DNA of 64,000 nt. Source: Candidatus Bathyarchaeia archaeon. Its GTDB lineage: Bacteria; Patescibacteriota; Microgenomatia; PFEM01; JAFGMK01. Under the pieces are notes generated by a model. That model did no database searches. It was given only the letters and a program-made list of their open reading frames with translations, and was not told the origin of the DNA. The stretch lies in the NCBI GenBank assembly GCA_035529595.1, contig DATKWK010000023.1:142961-206960 (forward strand), given 5' to 3'. Of this stretch, positions 19,973 through 29,216 are shown in pieces. Every line of letters begins with the position of its first letter. Position 1 is the first letter of the stretch. A program made the position numbers and the translations under genes.

Positions 19973-20491
19973 TTACTTTCCAAGGTGCGTTGGGGTGAAA
20001 CTGAAAGGCAAAAGAATCTTCAGCGAGGTTACAGCCAGAGGCCTGCCTTCGGGATCGACATCAATTACTAAGGCATTATCGCAATGTTCCACAGTTTCCT
20101 GTCGACAAGCACCGCAAGGAGCTGACTCTCCAGAATGGCAAACAACTAGGGCGACAACGAACTGGCGTCCATTTCCTGCTTCACCTTCGTTTATGGCTGT
20201 ATTGATAGCATTACTTTCCGCGTGTCCAGTTTGTGAATAACTCACCACTTCCGTATTCGCGCCTGCGTATATTTCTCCAGAAGAACAAAGAACGGCTGCG
20301 CCGACGGGGTAGCCAGAGTAAGGAACGTAAGCATTAGACCTAACTTCTACAGCCGCAGCAATAAGTTCCAGTAGTTTTTCTTCTCCAATCCTTTCAATCT
20401 CCGATGCTATCCACAAACGCTCTGTGTCGATTTCATCTGGGGACGGAACCTTAATTGCATCTCGAATATTTGTTAGAGACTCTATTCCCAT
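19973..20491 (-). CDS. cdd: Cytidine deaminase
   Basis: AYVPYS.YPVGAA, HAE and PCGACRQ zinc motifs. Confidence 0.9.
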   Translation of the reverse strand: MGIESLTNIRDAIKVPSPDEIDTERLWIASEIERIGEEKLLELIAAAVEVRSNAYVPYSGYPVGAAVLCSSGEIYAGANTEVVSYSQTGHAESNAINTAINEGEAGNGRQFVVALVVCHSGESAPCGACRQETVEHCDNALVIDVDPEGRPLAVTSLKILLPFSFTPTHLGK

Positions 20492-20556
20492 GTTTAACGC
20501 AGTACGATAATAATCATTATAAAGTTAGCTGACTTAACGGATTATATCATTATCTT

Positions 20557-21357
20557 CTATTCTATTGGGAGGTAGATTTCAAAAAATTGTAGCGTTATGT
20601 CTTGGTTCACCTCTCTATAAATCTCAAAATCTGGTATATCCTTTTTTATCTTGAGGTTGTTTAGTTTACAGTACTTTTCAAGCTCCTTCCAGAATAATGA
20701 AAGCAAACTGCCCGAGCCATTGTGGGTATAAGTTATCACCTTACCTGGGTTATATTCCATATGCTTAACTACGTCTTTATACTGTTCTTTCACTCTCATG
20801 GCTTCATTTGCTAGGACGCCTACCTTAATTCTACTTTGTTTAGGCTGATAGGTAGGGTCTTCAAATAAAGCAAGAGTTGTAAAGCTGCTACCCTTATTCT
20901 CAAACATATCTGAAAGCTCTTGACAATATTCACCAATTTTTGCATAAGGGCCTTCTTTATCTGTGTAATAGACTCCAAAAGGGGACAGAATCTTGATTTT
21001 TGGGTCAACCATGGTTCCATTTGTCTTTAAATTATTTAAAAATTTTTCAAGATTCCTTAAGTTAAACTGAAGTTCATCTATCTGTTTCTTAATGAGAGCC
21101 TTTTTGTCATTAAATAATTCAGGAAGGCTACCCCTTCGTTTCAAATAGAGTTTAATCTCATCCAAAGATACACCAAAAGTAGTTAGGAGAAGGATCATCT
21201 GATAATCAAGAACCTGTTGTTCTTTATAGTAGCGATACTTCTTACTATTTATCCGAACAGGCTTCAAGACGCCTTTTTCACCATAGAAAAGAATCGTCCT
21301 TTTGGTGGTATTGGCTAACTTGGCAAATTCTCCGGTGGTGATATAATCGTTTTTCAT
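20557..21357 (-). CDS. MerR-family regulator with GyrI-like effector domain
   Basis: 'TGEFAKL..TTKRT..FY...G.LKP......YRYY' HTH; C-terminal 'GPY..I', 'EIY' and 'EIYLPI'. Confidence 0.9.
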   Translation of the reverse strand: MKNDYITTGEFAKLANTTKRTILFYGEKGVLKPVRINSKKYRYYKEQQVLDYQMILLLTTFGVSLDEIKLYLKRRGSLPELFNDKKALIKKQIDELQFNLRNLEKFLNNLKTNGTMVDPKIKILSPFGVYYTDKEGPYAKIGEYCQELSDMFENKGSSFTTLALFEDPTYQPKQSRIKVGVLANEAMRVKEQYKDVVKHMEYNPGKVITYTHNGSGSLLSLFWKELEKYCKLNNLKIKKDIPDFEIYREVNQDITLQFFEIYLPIE

Positions 21358-21365
21358 ATTGTCTA

Positions 21366-21396
21366 TTGACAATGACGTTACGTTATAGTTTATTAT
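21366..21396 (+). promoter_or_regulatory. MerR-type promoter (19 bp spacer with dyad) for the SDR gene
   Basis: TTGACA 21366-21371, 19 bp spacer, TATTAT 21391-21396. Dyad ATGACGT-T-ACGTTAT lies in the spacer. Confidence 0.8.
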
Positions 21397-21437
21397 CCGC
21401 TGAGAATGAAGAATTGTCAATTAAAAAGGAGGTAAAA

Positions 21438-22235
21438 ATGAAAAAAAGAAATAAAGTAGCTTTAGTTACTGGTGGAGCTTTAGGATTTAAGGATGGTGGG
21501 CCGTCGATTGGTGGAGCAATTACTATCAGATTAGCCAAAGATGGTTATAACGTAGTCGTCTTGGATTCTTGCTCGATGGGAGAAAAAACGATTGAGGTCA
21601 TTAAGAATAATGGCGGTGAAGGAGTTTTTGTAGCTGGAGATGTTGGTACCACAGTTGATATTAAGATGGCAATTGAGATAGCCAAAAAGAATTTCGGTGG
21701 CTTAAATTGCCTGGTTAATTGTGCGGCTCGTTATACTTCTGGTATGGCCAAAAATGTGGTTGAAATCTCAGAAGACGAATGGGAGAAAACCCTTCGCGTT
21801 AATCTGGGCGGCTATTTTCGGACTGCCAAATACGCAATTCCGGTGCTGCTTAAATCCGGCGGAGGAACGATTATAAATATCTCCTCTAATGCCGCTTTTA
21901 CTGCTCTGCCAGATTTTAGTATCTACTCGGTTTCGAAAGCGGCAATTAATGGCTTAACCAGATCTTTGGCAGTTGATTTTGCGCCCAAGATAAGAACTAA
22001 CGCGATTTGCCCGGGTTTTGTCAGAATAGCTAATTCGCAGAATAATCGAGGTCGAAAAGAATTGGAAGAATGGTATAACAGAATTGCTAAGCGCTACCCA
22101 ATGAAGCGAGTTTGTGAAGTCGAAGAAATTGCCAGCGTTGCTTCTTTTTTAGCAAGCGATGAGTCGTTCTATATTAACGGAACTACAATTGTCGTTGATG
22201 GTGGTTATTTGGCCGCCGACAGTCATGAATTCTGA
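21438..22235 (+). CDS. SDR-family oxidoreductase
   Basis: ALVTGG..IG (with an insertion), VNCA, YSVSK, NAICPG and VDGG; AAGGAGG SD before ATG 21438. Confidence 0.92.
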   Translation: MKKRNKVALVTGGALGFKDGGPSIGGAITIRLAKDGYNVVVLDSCSMGEKTIEVIKNNGGEGVFVAGDVGTTVDIKMAIEIAKKNFGGLNCLVNCAARYTSGMAKNVVEISEDEWEKTLRVNLGGYFRTAKYAIPVLLKSGGGTIINISSNAAFTALPDFSIYSVSKAAINGLTRSLAVDFAPKIRTNAICPGFVRIANSQNNRGRKELEEWYNRIAKRYPMKRVCEVEEIASVASFLASDESFYINGTTIVVDGGYLAADSHEF

Positions 22236-22322
22236 TTCTACATAAAGAGCGGAATGTCGTCATACCGACACCGGATTATGCCCTTTTTGAAGTTTAGGCA
22301 GATTTTAAATAAGTGCCTAACT

Positions 22323-22406
22323 ATGATTAAAGTCAAAGATTTATTTTTTTCTTTTGCGGAAAAAGCTTTTACTTTAGAATTGCTGAAAAAAGTAGCTGAG
22401 GTATAA
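22323..22406 (+). pseudogene. Internally deleted ABC-F paralog (27-codon mini-gene)
   Basis: MIKVKDLFFSFAEKAFTLELLKKVAEV* joins the N-terminus (MIIVKDLFFSFGEKP) and C-terminus (ELLEKVAEV*) of 6793-8274. The 5' flanks are also homologous. Confidence 0.85.
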
Positions 22407-22450
22407 AGCTGCTTCAGTCTGGTTGAGAAAAGTGTTATTAACAACTTTAA

Positions 22451-22876
22451 GAATTTTTAGCTGACCAAGAGATTAAAAAGAAAATGGATTTGCTGATTAA
22501 GGTTGGTTCGGATTATTTGGAAGTCGGACAGACACTTGATACTTTGTCCGGCGGTGAATCGCAAAGATTAAAATTGGCCAGCCGATTGCAGCGACAGGGC
22601 GAGTTTTATATTTTGGATGAACCGACTTCCGGCTTACATTTTGCCGATATTGAAAAATTATTGACCTTGTTTAACCGATTAGTTGATAACGGTAATACCG
22701 TCTTGATTGTGGAACATAATCTTGACGTGATTTAAAATGCCGATTGGCTAATTGATTTAGGACCGGAAGGAGGAGTAAATGGAGGCAGGCTTATCGCTCA
22801 GGGAACACCGGAAGATGTTAGCAAAGTAGCCGATTCTTATACCGGTCAATACTTAAATGAAACAGCTGGAAATTAA
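22451..22876 (+). pseudogene. uvrA: UvrA C-terminal fragment with premature stop
   Basis: [60 protein letters not shown]; TAA at 22733-22735 replaces the usual Lys. Confidence 0.9.
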
Positions 22877-22877
22877 G

Positions 22878-23443
22878 ATGCATAAAAAAATTGCTAAAAA
22901 GATCTATCTTTTGTTGGAGTTACTGGCCAAAGGCGGTAGTTCAGTGATTCTCAAAAGTAAACAAGAATATGAAATTATGACTTTAGACTTAACCACATTG
23001 GTTTTTGTTACCCGGTTTCTTCTTTGAAAAAAGAGAAAGATGAAATTACCCTTGAAGCGCGTCAAAAAGCCCTTGCTTTATATCAGCTAGACTCGAATAA
23101 TAATACTCCCTGGTGGTTTATCGGAGATATTACCAATTGGCGCGATTCCATGCTTGAAGCCTTGCCGGTTGAAGGGAAAATCGAGGACCGGGAAAAAGGC
23201 TATTGGTTGCCCCATATTCATTTTGATTTTGATACTAATTTAGTTTATGAAGATATTGAGCAAATTAGCCATCGGATTTTTAAAGGGACAAGAAAATTAA
23301 CGCCTTTGGTTTACGACGGTTTTGTTACTCAAGCCAGGTTGTGGCAAGGCGTTATTAGCGGTGTTAATATCCATTTGGATTTAGGCACGGCAGCCAGAAA
23401 CACCAGGTATGTTAGAAAGGTAATGCTAACCAAAATTAAGTAG
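22878..23443 (+). pseudogene. Degraded hypothetical gene
   Basis: An ORF from ATG 22878 ends at 23027. Another frame (YDFRLNHIGFCYPVSSLKKEK...) continues to 23443 without a good start. Confidence 0.4.
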
Positions 23444-23581
23444 TATTCTACGAATATCGTTTTATAATTTAGGTTTGGTTTCTTACTAACAGATTTAAGG
23501 AATGAGATAATTACTTTATAAAAAATTTCGGGTTTAGCATATCTGAAGTTTGAATTTTAACAAAAATGTTAAAATACGCTC

Positions 23582-24652
23582 ATGAGTCTTTCTGTCGGGA
23601 TAGTCGGGCTGCCGAATGCAGGTAAGTCGACTCTTTTTAATGCTCTGTTGGGGTGTCAGATTGCCGAAGTAGCCGAACGTCCCTTTACCACGATTGAGCC
23701 AAATACGGGCGTGGTTGTCATCCCTGACTCGCGTCTTGAAAGGTTAGGACAGTTGATTAAGCCCGAAAAGTTAGTGTCGGCAACTATCAAATTTATCGAT
23801 ATTGCCGGTCTAGTCAAGGGTGCTCATAAGGGAGAGGGTTTAGGTAATCAGTTTCTATCCCAGATACGATTCTGTGATGCAATTCTTCATCTGGTACGGG
23901 CCTTTTCTAATCCACGCGTTGTCCGTCCCGAAGAAAGTCTTAATCCGCTGGCGGATGCCGAAATCGTTAATTTGGAAATGGCCTTGGCTGATTTGGAAAT
24001 CGTCGAGCGAAGTTTGATCGAAGCTAAAAAAAAAGCCCGGGTTAACTCGGACATGGCAGCGTTGGTCGGGGTTCTTGAAAAAATTAAAGCCGCACTCGGT
24101 AAAGACCAGGTAACTATCAGAACTCAGTTGACAGATGAAGAAAAAGAAATAATCAAGGAGCTTAATTTGCTGACCTTAAAGCCAATGATTTATATTTTAA
24201 ATGTTGATGAGTCCGGCCGGGGGCAGGATAAGAATCTGCCTTCATCTTTTCCAGTATTAGAAATTTGTGCTGCTTTGCAAGCTGAATTAACCGGTCTTGA
24301 AAATAGTGAGAGGCAAGAATTTGCAGGTGAATTTGGTTTAGAAGAGGGAGCTTTAAACCAGCTGATAAAAGAGGCCTATCAATTGTTGGATTTGATTACT
24401 TTTTACACTATTAAGGGTGGTAAAGAAGTTCATGCTTGGCCGATTAGAAAAGGCACCAAGGCTGTTGTCGCCGCCGGGCAGGTTCATACTGACATGGCCC
24501 GAGGCTTTATCAAAGCGGAGGTTATCAATGTCGATCAATTATTATCAATCGGTAGTTGGCAAAGGAGCAAAGAATTAGGAAAACTGCAACTGCAAGGTAA
24601 AGATTACAAAGTTACCGATGGCGATGTAGTCGAATTTAAGTTCTCCAATTGA
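23582..24652 (+). CDS. ychF: Obg-like ATPase YchF
   Basis: GIVGLPNAGKST, FTTIEPN, DIAGLVKGA..GEGLGNQFL and a C-terminal TGS domain. Confidence 0.97.
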   Translation: MSLSVGIVGLPNAGKSTLFNALLGCQIAEVAERPFTTIEPNTGVVVIPDSRLERLGQLIKPEKLVSATIKFIDIAGLVKGAHKGEGLGNQFLSQIRFCDAILHLVRAFSNPRVVRPEESLNPLADAEIVNLEMALADLEIVERSLIEAKKKARVNSDMAALVGVLEKIKAALGKDQVTIRTQLTDEEKEIIKELNLLTLKPMIYILNVDESGRGQDKNLPSSFPVLEICAALQAELTGLENSERQEFAGEFGLEEGALNQLIKEAYQLLDLITFYTIKGGKEVHAWPIRKGTKAVVAAGQVHTDMARGFIKAEVINVDQLLSIGSWQRSKELGKLQLQGKDYKVTDGDVVEFKFSN

Positions 24653-24755
24653 GCTCTTTTTCGTATTTTACTTTTGTAAGCTTTGTGCTATACTCTAAAC
24701 AGTATTATCAAAGCTAAATTTAATAAATTTGGTTGTAAAAGTTAATTGAATTCAA

Positions 24756-25055
24756 ATGAAAACCTACGAATTGGTTTTGGTTTTTAACCCGGAGATAGGG
24801 GAAGACAAAATCAAACAAAATTTAGAATCGATCAATAAGACCATTGCTTCTTTGAAGGGCGAAGTAAAAAAAACAGTTGCTTGGGGGAGACGGGAATTGG
24901 CTTATTCCATCAAGAAAATTAATCAGGGAAGCTATTTTTTATTGGTTATAAACCTTCCTCCTGACGCTCCTCGCGAGATCGGAAAGAAATTAAAACTCAA
25001 CAGTGATCTGATTCGTTATTTACTCGTCAGTTGTAAAGACTTGATAGGAGGTTAA
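24756..25055 (+). CDS. rpsF: 30S ribosomal protein S6
   Basis: 'YELVLVF', WGRRELAYSI; rpsF-ssb-rpsR gene order. Confidence 0.95.
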   Translation: MKTYELVLVFNPEIGEDKIKQNLESINKTIASLKGEVKKTVAWGRRELAYSIKKINQGSYFLLVINLPPDAPREIGKKLKLNSDLIRYLLVSCKDLIGG

Positions 25056-25056
25056 A

Positions 25057-25641
25057 ATGGCGTCGCGTTCACTCAATCGGGTTCAGTTGATCGGGAATTT
25101 AACGCGGGATCCGGAACTTCGGTATACTCCGCAGGGGACGGCAGTTTGCACTTTTAGTTTAGCGACTAATCGAGGCTGGGTAACCGAAGGCGGTGAGAAA
25201 AAAGAGGAAACCGAGTTCCATCGGGTTGTCGCCTGGAATAAGCTGGCCGAAATTTGCGCTCAGTTTCTTTCTAAAGGTAGAAAGGTTTTTGCCGAAGGTC
25301 GTTTGCAAACACGGCAATGGACTACTCAGGATGGTTCTCCGCGACAGACAACAGAAATAGTTATTAGTGAAATGATTATTTTAGATCCAAGAAGAAAGGA
25401 ACGGGAATTGTCGGAAGATGTCTCTGTTTCTGCGCCCGAAGAGTTTCCTGTCGAATCCGGAAAAGAAGATATATCAAGGGCCGGTAAAGTCAGCAAAGGA
25501 AAAACGAGTTCTCCGCAAGTTTCCGAGCCGGTCAATGAAAAAAAGAAAAAAACAGGCGATAAAAAAGCCGCTAAAGAAGAGGGTGAACCGGAGCAGAAAG
25601 AAGATAAGGAGGCAGTCAGTGAAGACGATATTCCTTTTTAA
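25057..25641 (+). CDS. ssb: Single-stranded DNA-binding protein
   Basis: LNRVQLIGNLTRDPELRYT OB fold; C-terminal DDIPF. Confidence 0.97.
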   Translation: MASRSLNRVQLIGNLTRDPELRYTPQGTAVCTFSLATNRGWVTEGGEKKEETEFHRVVAWNKLAEICAQFLSKGRKVFAEGRLQTRQWTTQDGSPRQTTEIVISEMIILDPRRKERELSEDVSVSAPEEFPVESGKEDISRAGKVSKGKTSSPQVSEPVNEKKKKTGDKKAAKEEGEPEQKEDKEAVSEDDIPF

Positions 25642-25656
25642 CCTTTTAATTGAAAA

Positions 25657-25899
25657 ATGATTAGAGCTCGAAATAGAAAAAAAGACTACCAAATTAACGA
25701 GTGCGCTTTTTGCAGTAATAAGATTGAACCTGACTATAAGGAGGCCGAGGTTTTGGGACGTTTCTTAACGGATCGAGGCAATATAATCTCTAGATCACGA
25801 AGCGGTACCTGTTCCCGGCATCAGCGGTATTTGGTGCAACAAATTAAAAGAGCACGTCATTTAGCTCTTCTTCCATTTTTGGCAAGAGTAAAAAAATAA
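25657..25899 (+). CDS. rpsR: 30S ribosomal protein S18
   Basis: CAFC..DYK...L.RFL...G.I..R..SG.C..HQR.L...IKRAR.LALLPF. Confidence 0.95.
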   Translation: MIRARNRKKDYQINECAFCSNKIEPDYKEAEVLGRFLTDRGNIISRSRSGTCSRHQRYLVQQIKRARHLALLPFLARVKK

Positions 25900-25905
25900 T
25901 TCCTT

Positions 25906-26730
25906 ATGGCTGCCCAAACTTTTTTTAAGAAAACTTCCTACGAATTACCCGTTGCCCTTTGGGGAAAGGTAAATTGGCGGGTAAAAAAGGATCAGTCAGT
26001 TTCCGAAGATGAAATAATTGCCAAGATTGATGAGGTGGCAAAAGAAAAAGTCGATCTGGCGAGAGTCTTTGGAATTAAGGGGAAAAAGTGTCTTAATTTG
26101 TTAGTTAAAAAGTTGGGAGAAGACGTTAATAAGGGAGAGCTGATTGCCCAAAAAAAATCAATTTTCGGATCAAAAAAAGTTTATTCTCCGATTAAAGGAA
26201 AGCTCGAATCTTTGAGCGAAGATGGACAGTTACAGATTGTCTTTTCTTCCGGGAAGGAAATAACGACCGATTTTGCCGGCAAGATAAATAAAAGTACTGA
26301 TAAGGAAATAATAATTTCATTTGAGGCTTTGGAGGCGATAGGAATTTGGGGAATCGGAAATAGAATCAGCGGTCAATTGAAGTTAATTGAAGCTGATTTA
26401 GGTAAGGAGGATGTTTTTTCGATCAAAACCGATGCTTTGGAAAGAATTTTGCTGATTAAAGGAAAAATTAGCAGAGCGTTTTGGTTTAAGGCTCTTAGTC
26501 TGGGAGCGTCGGGTGTCGTCTGCGGCAACCTTTCGAAAGGAGGATTTCGGAAACTTCTCCTTCAGCAACAATCCATAATTGAAAAGAGCCGGAAACCCAC
26601 TGTTTTTCCCTCCTTGATAGTGATGAGTAATCAAGAGATTGAAGATGCTATCTGGCAGGAATTTAAAAAGTTAGCAGGAAAAAAGGTTTTAGTAGAAGGT
26701 GAAAAATCTCGTTTGGTGATACCGATATGA
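25906..26730 (+). CDS. Conserved hypothetical protein with barrel-sandwich-hybrid-like repeats
   Basis: 'V...Q.V...EIIAK' and 'VK.GEDVNKGELIA...VYSPI.G' biotinyl/lipoyl-like strands. Confidence 0.55.
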   Translation: MAAQTFFKKTSYELPVALWGKVNWRVKKDQSVSEDEIIAKIDEVAKEKVDLARVFGIKGKKCLNLLVKKLGEDVNKGELIAQKKSIFGSKKVYSPIKGKLESLSEDGQLQIVFSSGKEITTDFAGKINKSTDKEIIISFEALEAIGIWGIGNRISGQLKLIEADLGKEDVFSIKTDALERILLIKGKISRAFWFKALSLGASGVVCGNLSKGGFRKLLLQQQSIIEKSRKPTVFPSLIVMSNQEIEDAIWQEFKKLAGKKVLVEGEKSRLVIPI

Positions 26731-27971
26731 GGATAACACTTAAACAAATCCGTAAAGCTACTTTTTTGCTGGCATTATTACTTTTAGCCGGTGGCGTCGG
26801 TTATTGGTTTGGTCAGAGCCGACAAATTTTTCAAAACGGGGATACTAAGATTCAAATAATCCGCCAGACGCCTGTTGATAAACCAACGGTTAAATTTGAT
26901 CTTTTTTGGAATGTTTGGGATCAACTTGGAGCTTCCTTTATCGATAAAGAGAAAGTTAATCCGGTAGAAATGGTTTATGGAGCAATTAGAGGAATGGTTG
27001 CTTCCCTTGGGGATCCATACACTGTTTTTTTAACTCCCGAGGAAAATTTACGGACACAAGAGGATTTGGCCGGATCATTTGGCGGTGTTGGGATTCAACT
27101 CGGTTATATTGACGATAGTTTGGCAGTAATTGCTCCTTTAAAAGATTCACCGGCAGAACAGAGCGGTGTTAGAGCTGGTGACTTGATACTGGAGATTGAC
27201 GGCAAGGGCACCGGTGAAATGACTTTACCTCAGGCTGTTGATTTAATCAGAGGACCAAAAGGCAGTAAGGTAGTCTTAAAGCTTTTTCGAAGCGAGACCT
27301 CTCTTGAAGTAGAGATAGTACGCGATACGATTACAGTCAAAAGTGTCGAAGTTGAATTCCTAGATAATTGGTGTGGCAAAGCCGATTCTTGCCCATTAGT
27401 AGCCGACTTGCAGTTAACCCGTTTTGGCGATTTAACCAATGCTGAGTGGGTAGAGGCAGTCAGGGAGATTGAAAACAATTGTCTCCTTCAACAAAAATCT
27501 TGTTTAGGCGTCGTATTTGACCTGAGAAACAACCCAGGCGGCTATTTAACCAGTTCAGTATTTATTGCTTCCGAATTCATTTCCTCAGGAACTGTAGTCC
27601 AGCAGGAAACAGCTGATGGCAAACGGCAAAGTTACTCGGTTGACCGCCCTGGAAAACTCTTAGAGATACCGCTGGTCGTTTTAGTTAATAAAGGTAGCGC
27701 CTCAGCTTCAGAAATCGTTGCCGGTTGTTTGAAAGAGTACCAGCGAGCCAAAATTATCGGTGAAACTACTTTTGGAAAAGGAACTATTCAAGAAGCTCAA
27801 GATTTTTCTGGAGGAGCTGGGCTTCACATAACAACCGCCCGCTGGTTGCTTCCCAATGGCCAGTCAATTGACGGAAAAGGTTTAGTGCCGGATGTTGAGA
27901 TAGCTTATGAGCCGGAAAGTGAAGATGATTTGCAGCTTAAAAAGGCGATTGAAGTTTTGTCTGCTTTATAG
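26727..27971 (+). CDS. S41 carboxyl-terminal processing protease (CtpA/Prc)
   Basis: PDZ domain, DLRNNPGG, SASASEI and TFGKG. Confidence 0.95.
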   Translation: MRITLKQIRKATFLLALLLLAGGVGYWFGQSRQIFQNGDTKIQIIRQTPVDKPTVKFDLFWNVWDQLGASFIDKEKVNPVEMVYGAIRGMVASLGDPYTVFLTPEENLRTQEDLAGSFGGVGIQLGYIDDSLAVIAPLKDSPAEQSGVRAGDLILEIDGKGTGEMTLPQAVDLIRGPKGSKVVLKLFRSETSLEVEIVRDTITVKSVEVEFLDNWCGKADSCPLVADLQLTRFGDLTNAEWVEAVREIENNCLLQQKSCLGVVFDLRNNPGGYLTSSVFIASEFISSGTVVQQETADGKRQSYSVDRPGKLLEIPLVVLVNKGSASASEIVAGCLKEYQRAKIIGETTFGKGTIQEAQDFSGGAGLHITTARWLLPNGQSIDGKGLVPDVEIAYEPESEDDLQLKKAIEVLSAL

Positions 27972-28003
27972 TATATTTCTTTACTTAGCTTTTAAGGACT
28001 AAG

Positions 28004-29188
28004 ATGACCAATAAAAATTCCAATCGGTATGCAACCAGATTCTTTGTTCTCACCGGGGTAATATTAATTACCAGTCTTCTTATTTTGGCCGGTGCGAGTT
28101 TAGATCGGCTATACGGCCTATCTTTTTTGGATAAATTGCTACTTCGAGTTCAGCCTTTAGGCAAAACCGTTGTTAGCCAACGGCTGGTTTATGAAGAATC
28201 CCGAGTTATCGAAGCCGTCGAAGGAGTTGGTCCTTCGGTGGTGACTGTAAATATCTCGAAAAAACAAATCATTAATCCTTTCGGTTTTGATGTTGGACCT
28301 TTTGGGTTGTTTGGACCTTCTCTTGGCGGCAGGGAAGAAAAGATTGAGCAGGGTATCGGCAGCGGTTTTGTTATCGCTAAGGATGGTTTGGTGGTTACTA
28401 ATCGCCATGTCGTTGATGACCGTGAAGCTACTTATAAAATTGTTACTACTAATGATAAGACATATGAAGTAAAGAATATCTACCGTGATCCGGTTAATGA
28501 TTTAGCGATATTAAAGATTGATGCTGACGACTTAAAACCAGTTGAATTGGGAGATTCTTCCAATCTTAAAGTCGGCCAGTTTGTAATTGCCATCGGAACA
28601 GCTTTAGGCGAATTCCGTAATACGGTTACAACCGGCGTTATATCCGGTCTTGGCCGAGGTATTACTGCCAGTTCGCCCTTTGAGGGTTACGCGGAGAGGA
28701 TTGACGATGTCATTCAAACTGATGCCGCTATTAACCCCGGTAATTCCGGTGGGCCTTTGCTTAATAGCGCTGGTCAGGTGATTGGCGTTAGTGTCGCCGT
28801 GGCGGCGCAGGGCGAAAATATCGGATTTGCCCTACCAATTAATATTGTTAAGGAGAGTTTACAGAATTTTAATCAAACAGGTAAATTTAGTCGGCCGTAT
28901 TTGGGAGTAAGTTACCGGATGATTGATCGCGATTTGGCGATTATGAATGAGGTGCCTCAGGGAGCTTATATTGTTGAGGTAATTGAAAACTCTCCGGCTG
29001 AAAAAGCGGGGCTTGAGGCTGGTGATATCTTAACCAGGATGGGTGGCCAGCTAATCAATGAAGAGGGTGGCGGATTGGCCAAAATAATTAATCAAAAAAA
29101 GGTGGGAGATCGGATAAAGGTCATTTTTTGGCGTGACGGAAAAGAGCGTGAAACTGAGGTGGTTCTGGAAGAGTTTGATAATGAATAA
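28004..29188 (+). CDS. htrA: HtrA/DegP-like serine protease with one PDZ
   Basis: GSGF, TNRHVV, DLA, IQTDAAINPGNSGGPL and a PDZ domain. Confidence 0.95.
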   Translation: MTNKNSNRYATRFFVLTGVILITSLLILAGASLDRLYGLSFLDKLLLRVQPLGKTVVSQRLVYEESRVIEAVEGVGPSVVTVNISKKQIINPFGFDVGPFGLFGPSLGGREEKIEQGIGSGFVIAKDGLVVTNRHVVDDREATYKIVTTNDKTYEVKNIYRDPVNDLAILKIDADDLKPVELGDSSNLKVGQFVIAIGTALGEFRNTVTTGVISGLGRGITASSPFEGYAERIDDVIQTDAAINPGNSGGPLLNSAGQVIGVSVAVAAQGENIGFALPINIVKESLQNFNQTGKFSRPYLGVSYRMIDRDLAIMNEVPQGAYIVEVIENSPAEKAGLEAGDILTRMGGQLINEEGGGLAKIINQKKVGDRIKVIFWRDGKERETEVVLEEFDNE

Positions 29189-29216
29189 AACCGAAGTACT
29201 ATTAATCCCCGAAGCT

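Noticed and set aside
22733-22735. Stop-codon recoding in the uvrA fragment
   Set aside because: The stop is TAA, which ends many genes here, and the fragment lacks most of the protein. It is a nonsense mutation in a relic. TGA also terminates genes normally, so code 25 is not in use.
4370-23443. Integron cassette array
   Set aside because: Genes lie on both strands, the intergenic regions share no RYYYAAC..GTTRRRY attC structure, and the tyrosine recombinase at 49946 is Xer-like and distant.
24695-24755. S6:S18 ribosomal leader RNA upstream of rpsF
   Set aside because: Only a weak AU-rich hairpin, lacking the conserved CCC motif and paired SD of that leader.
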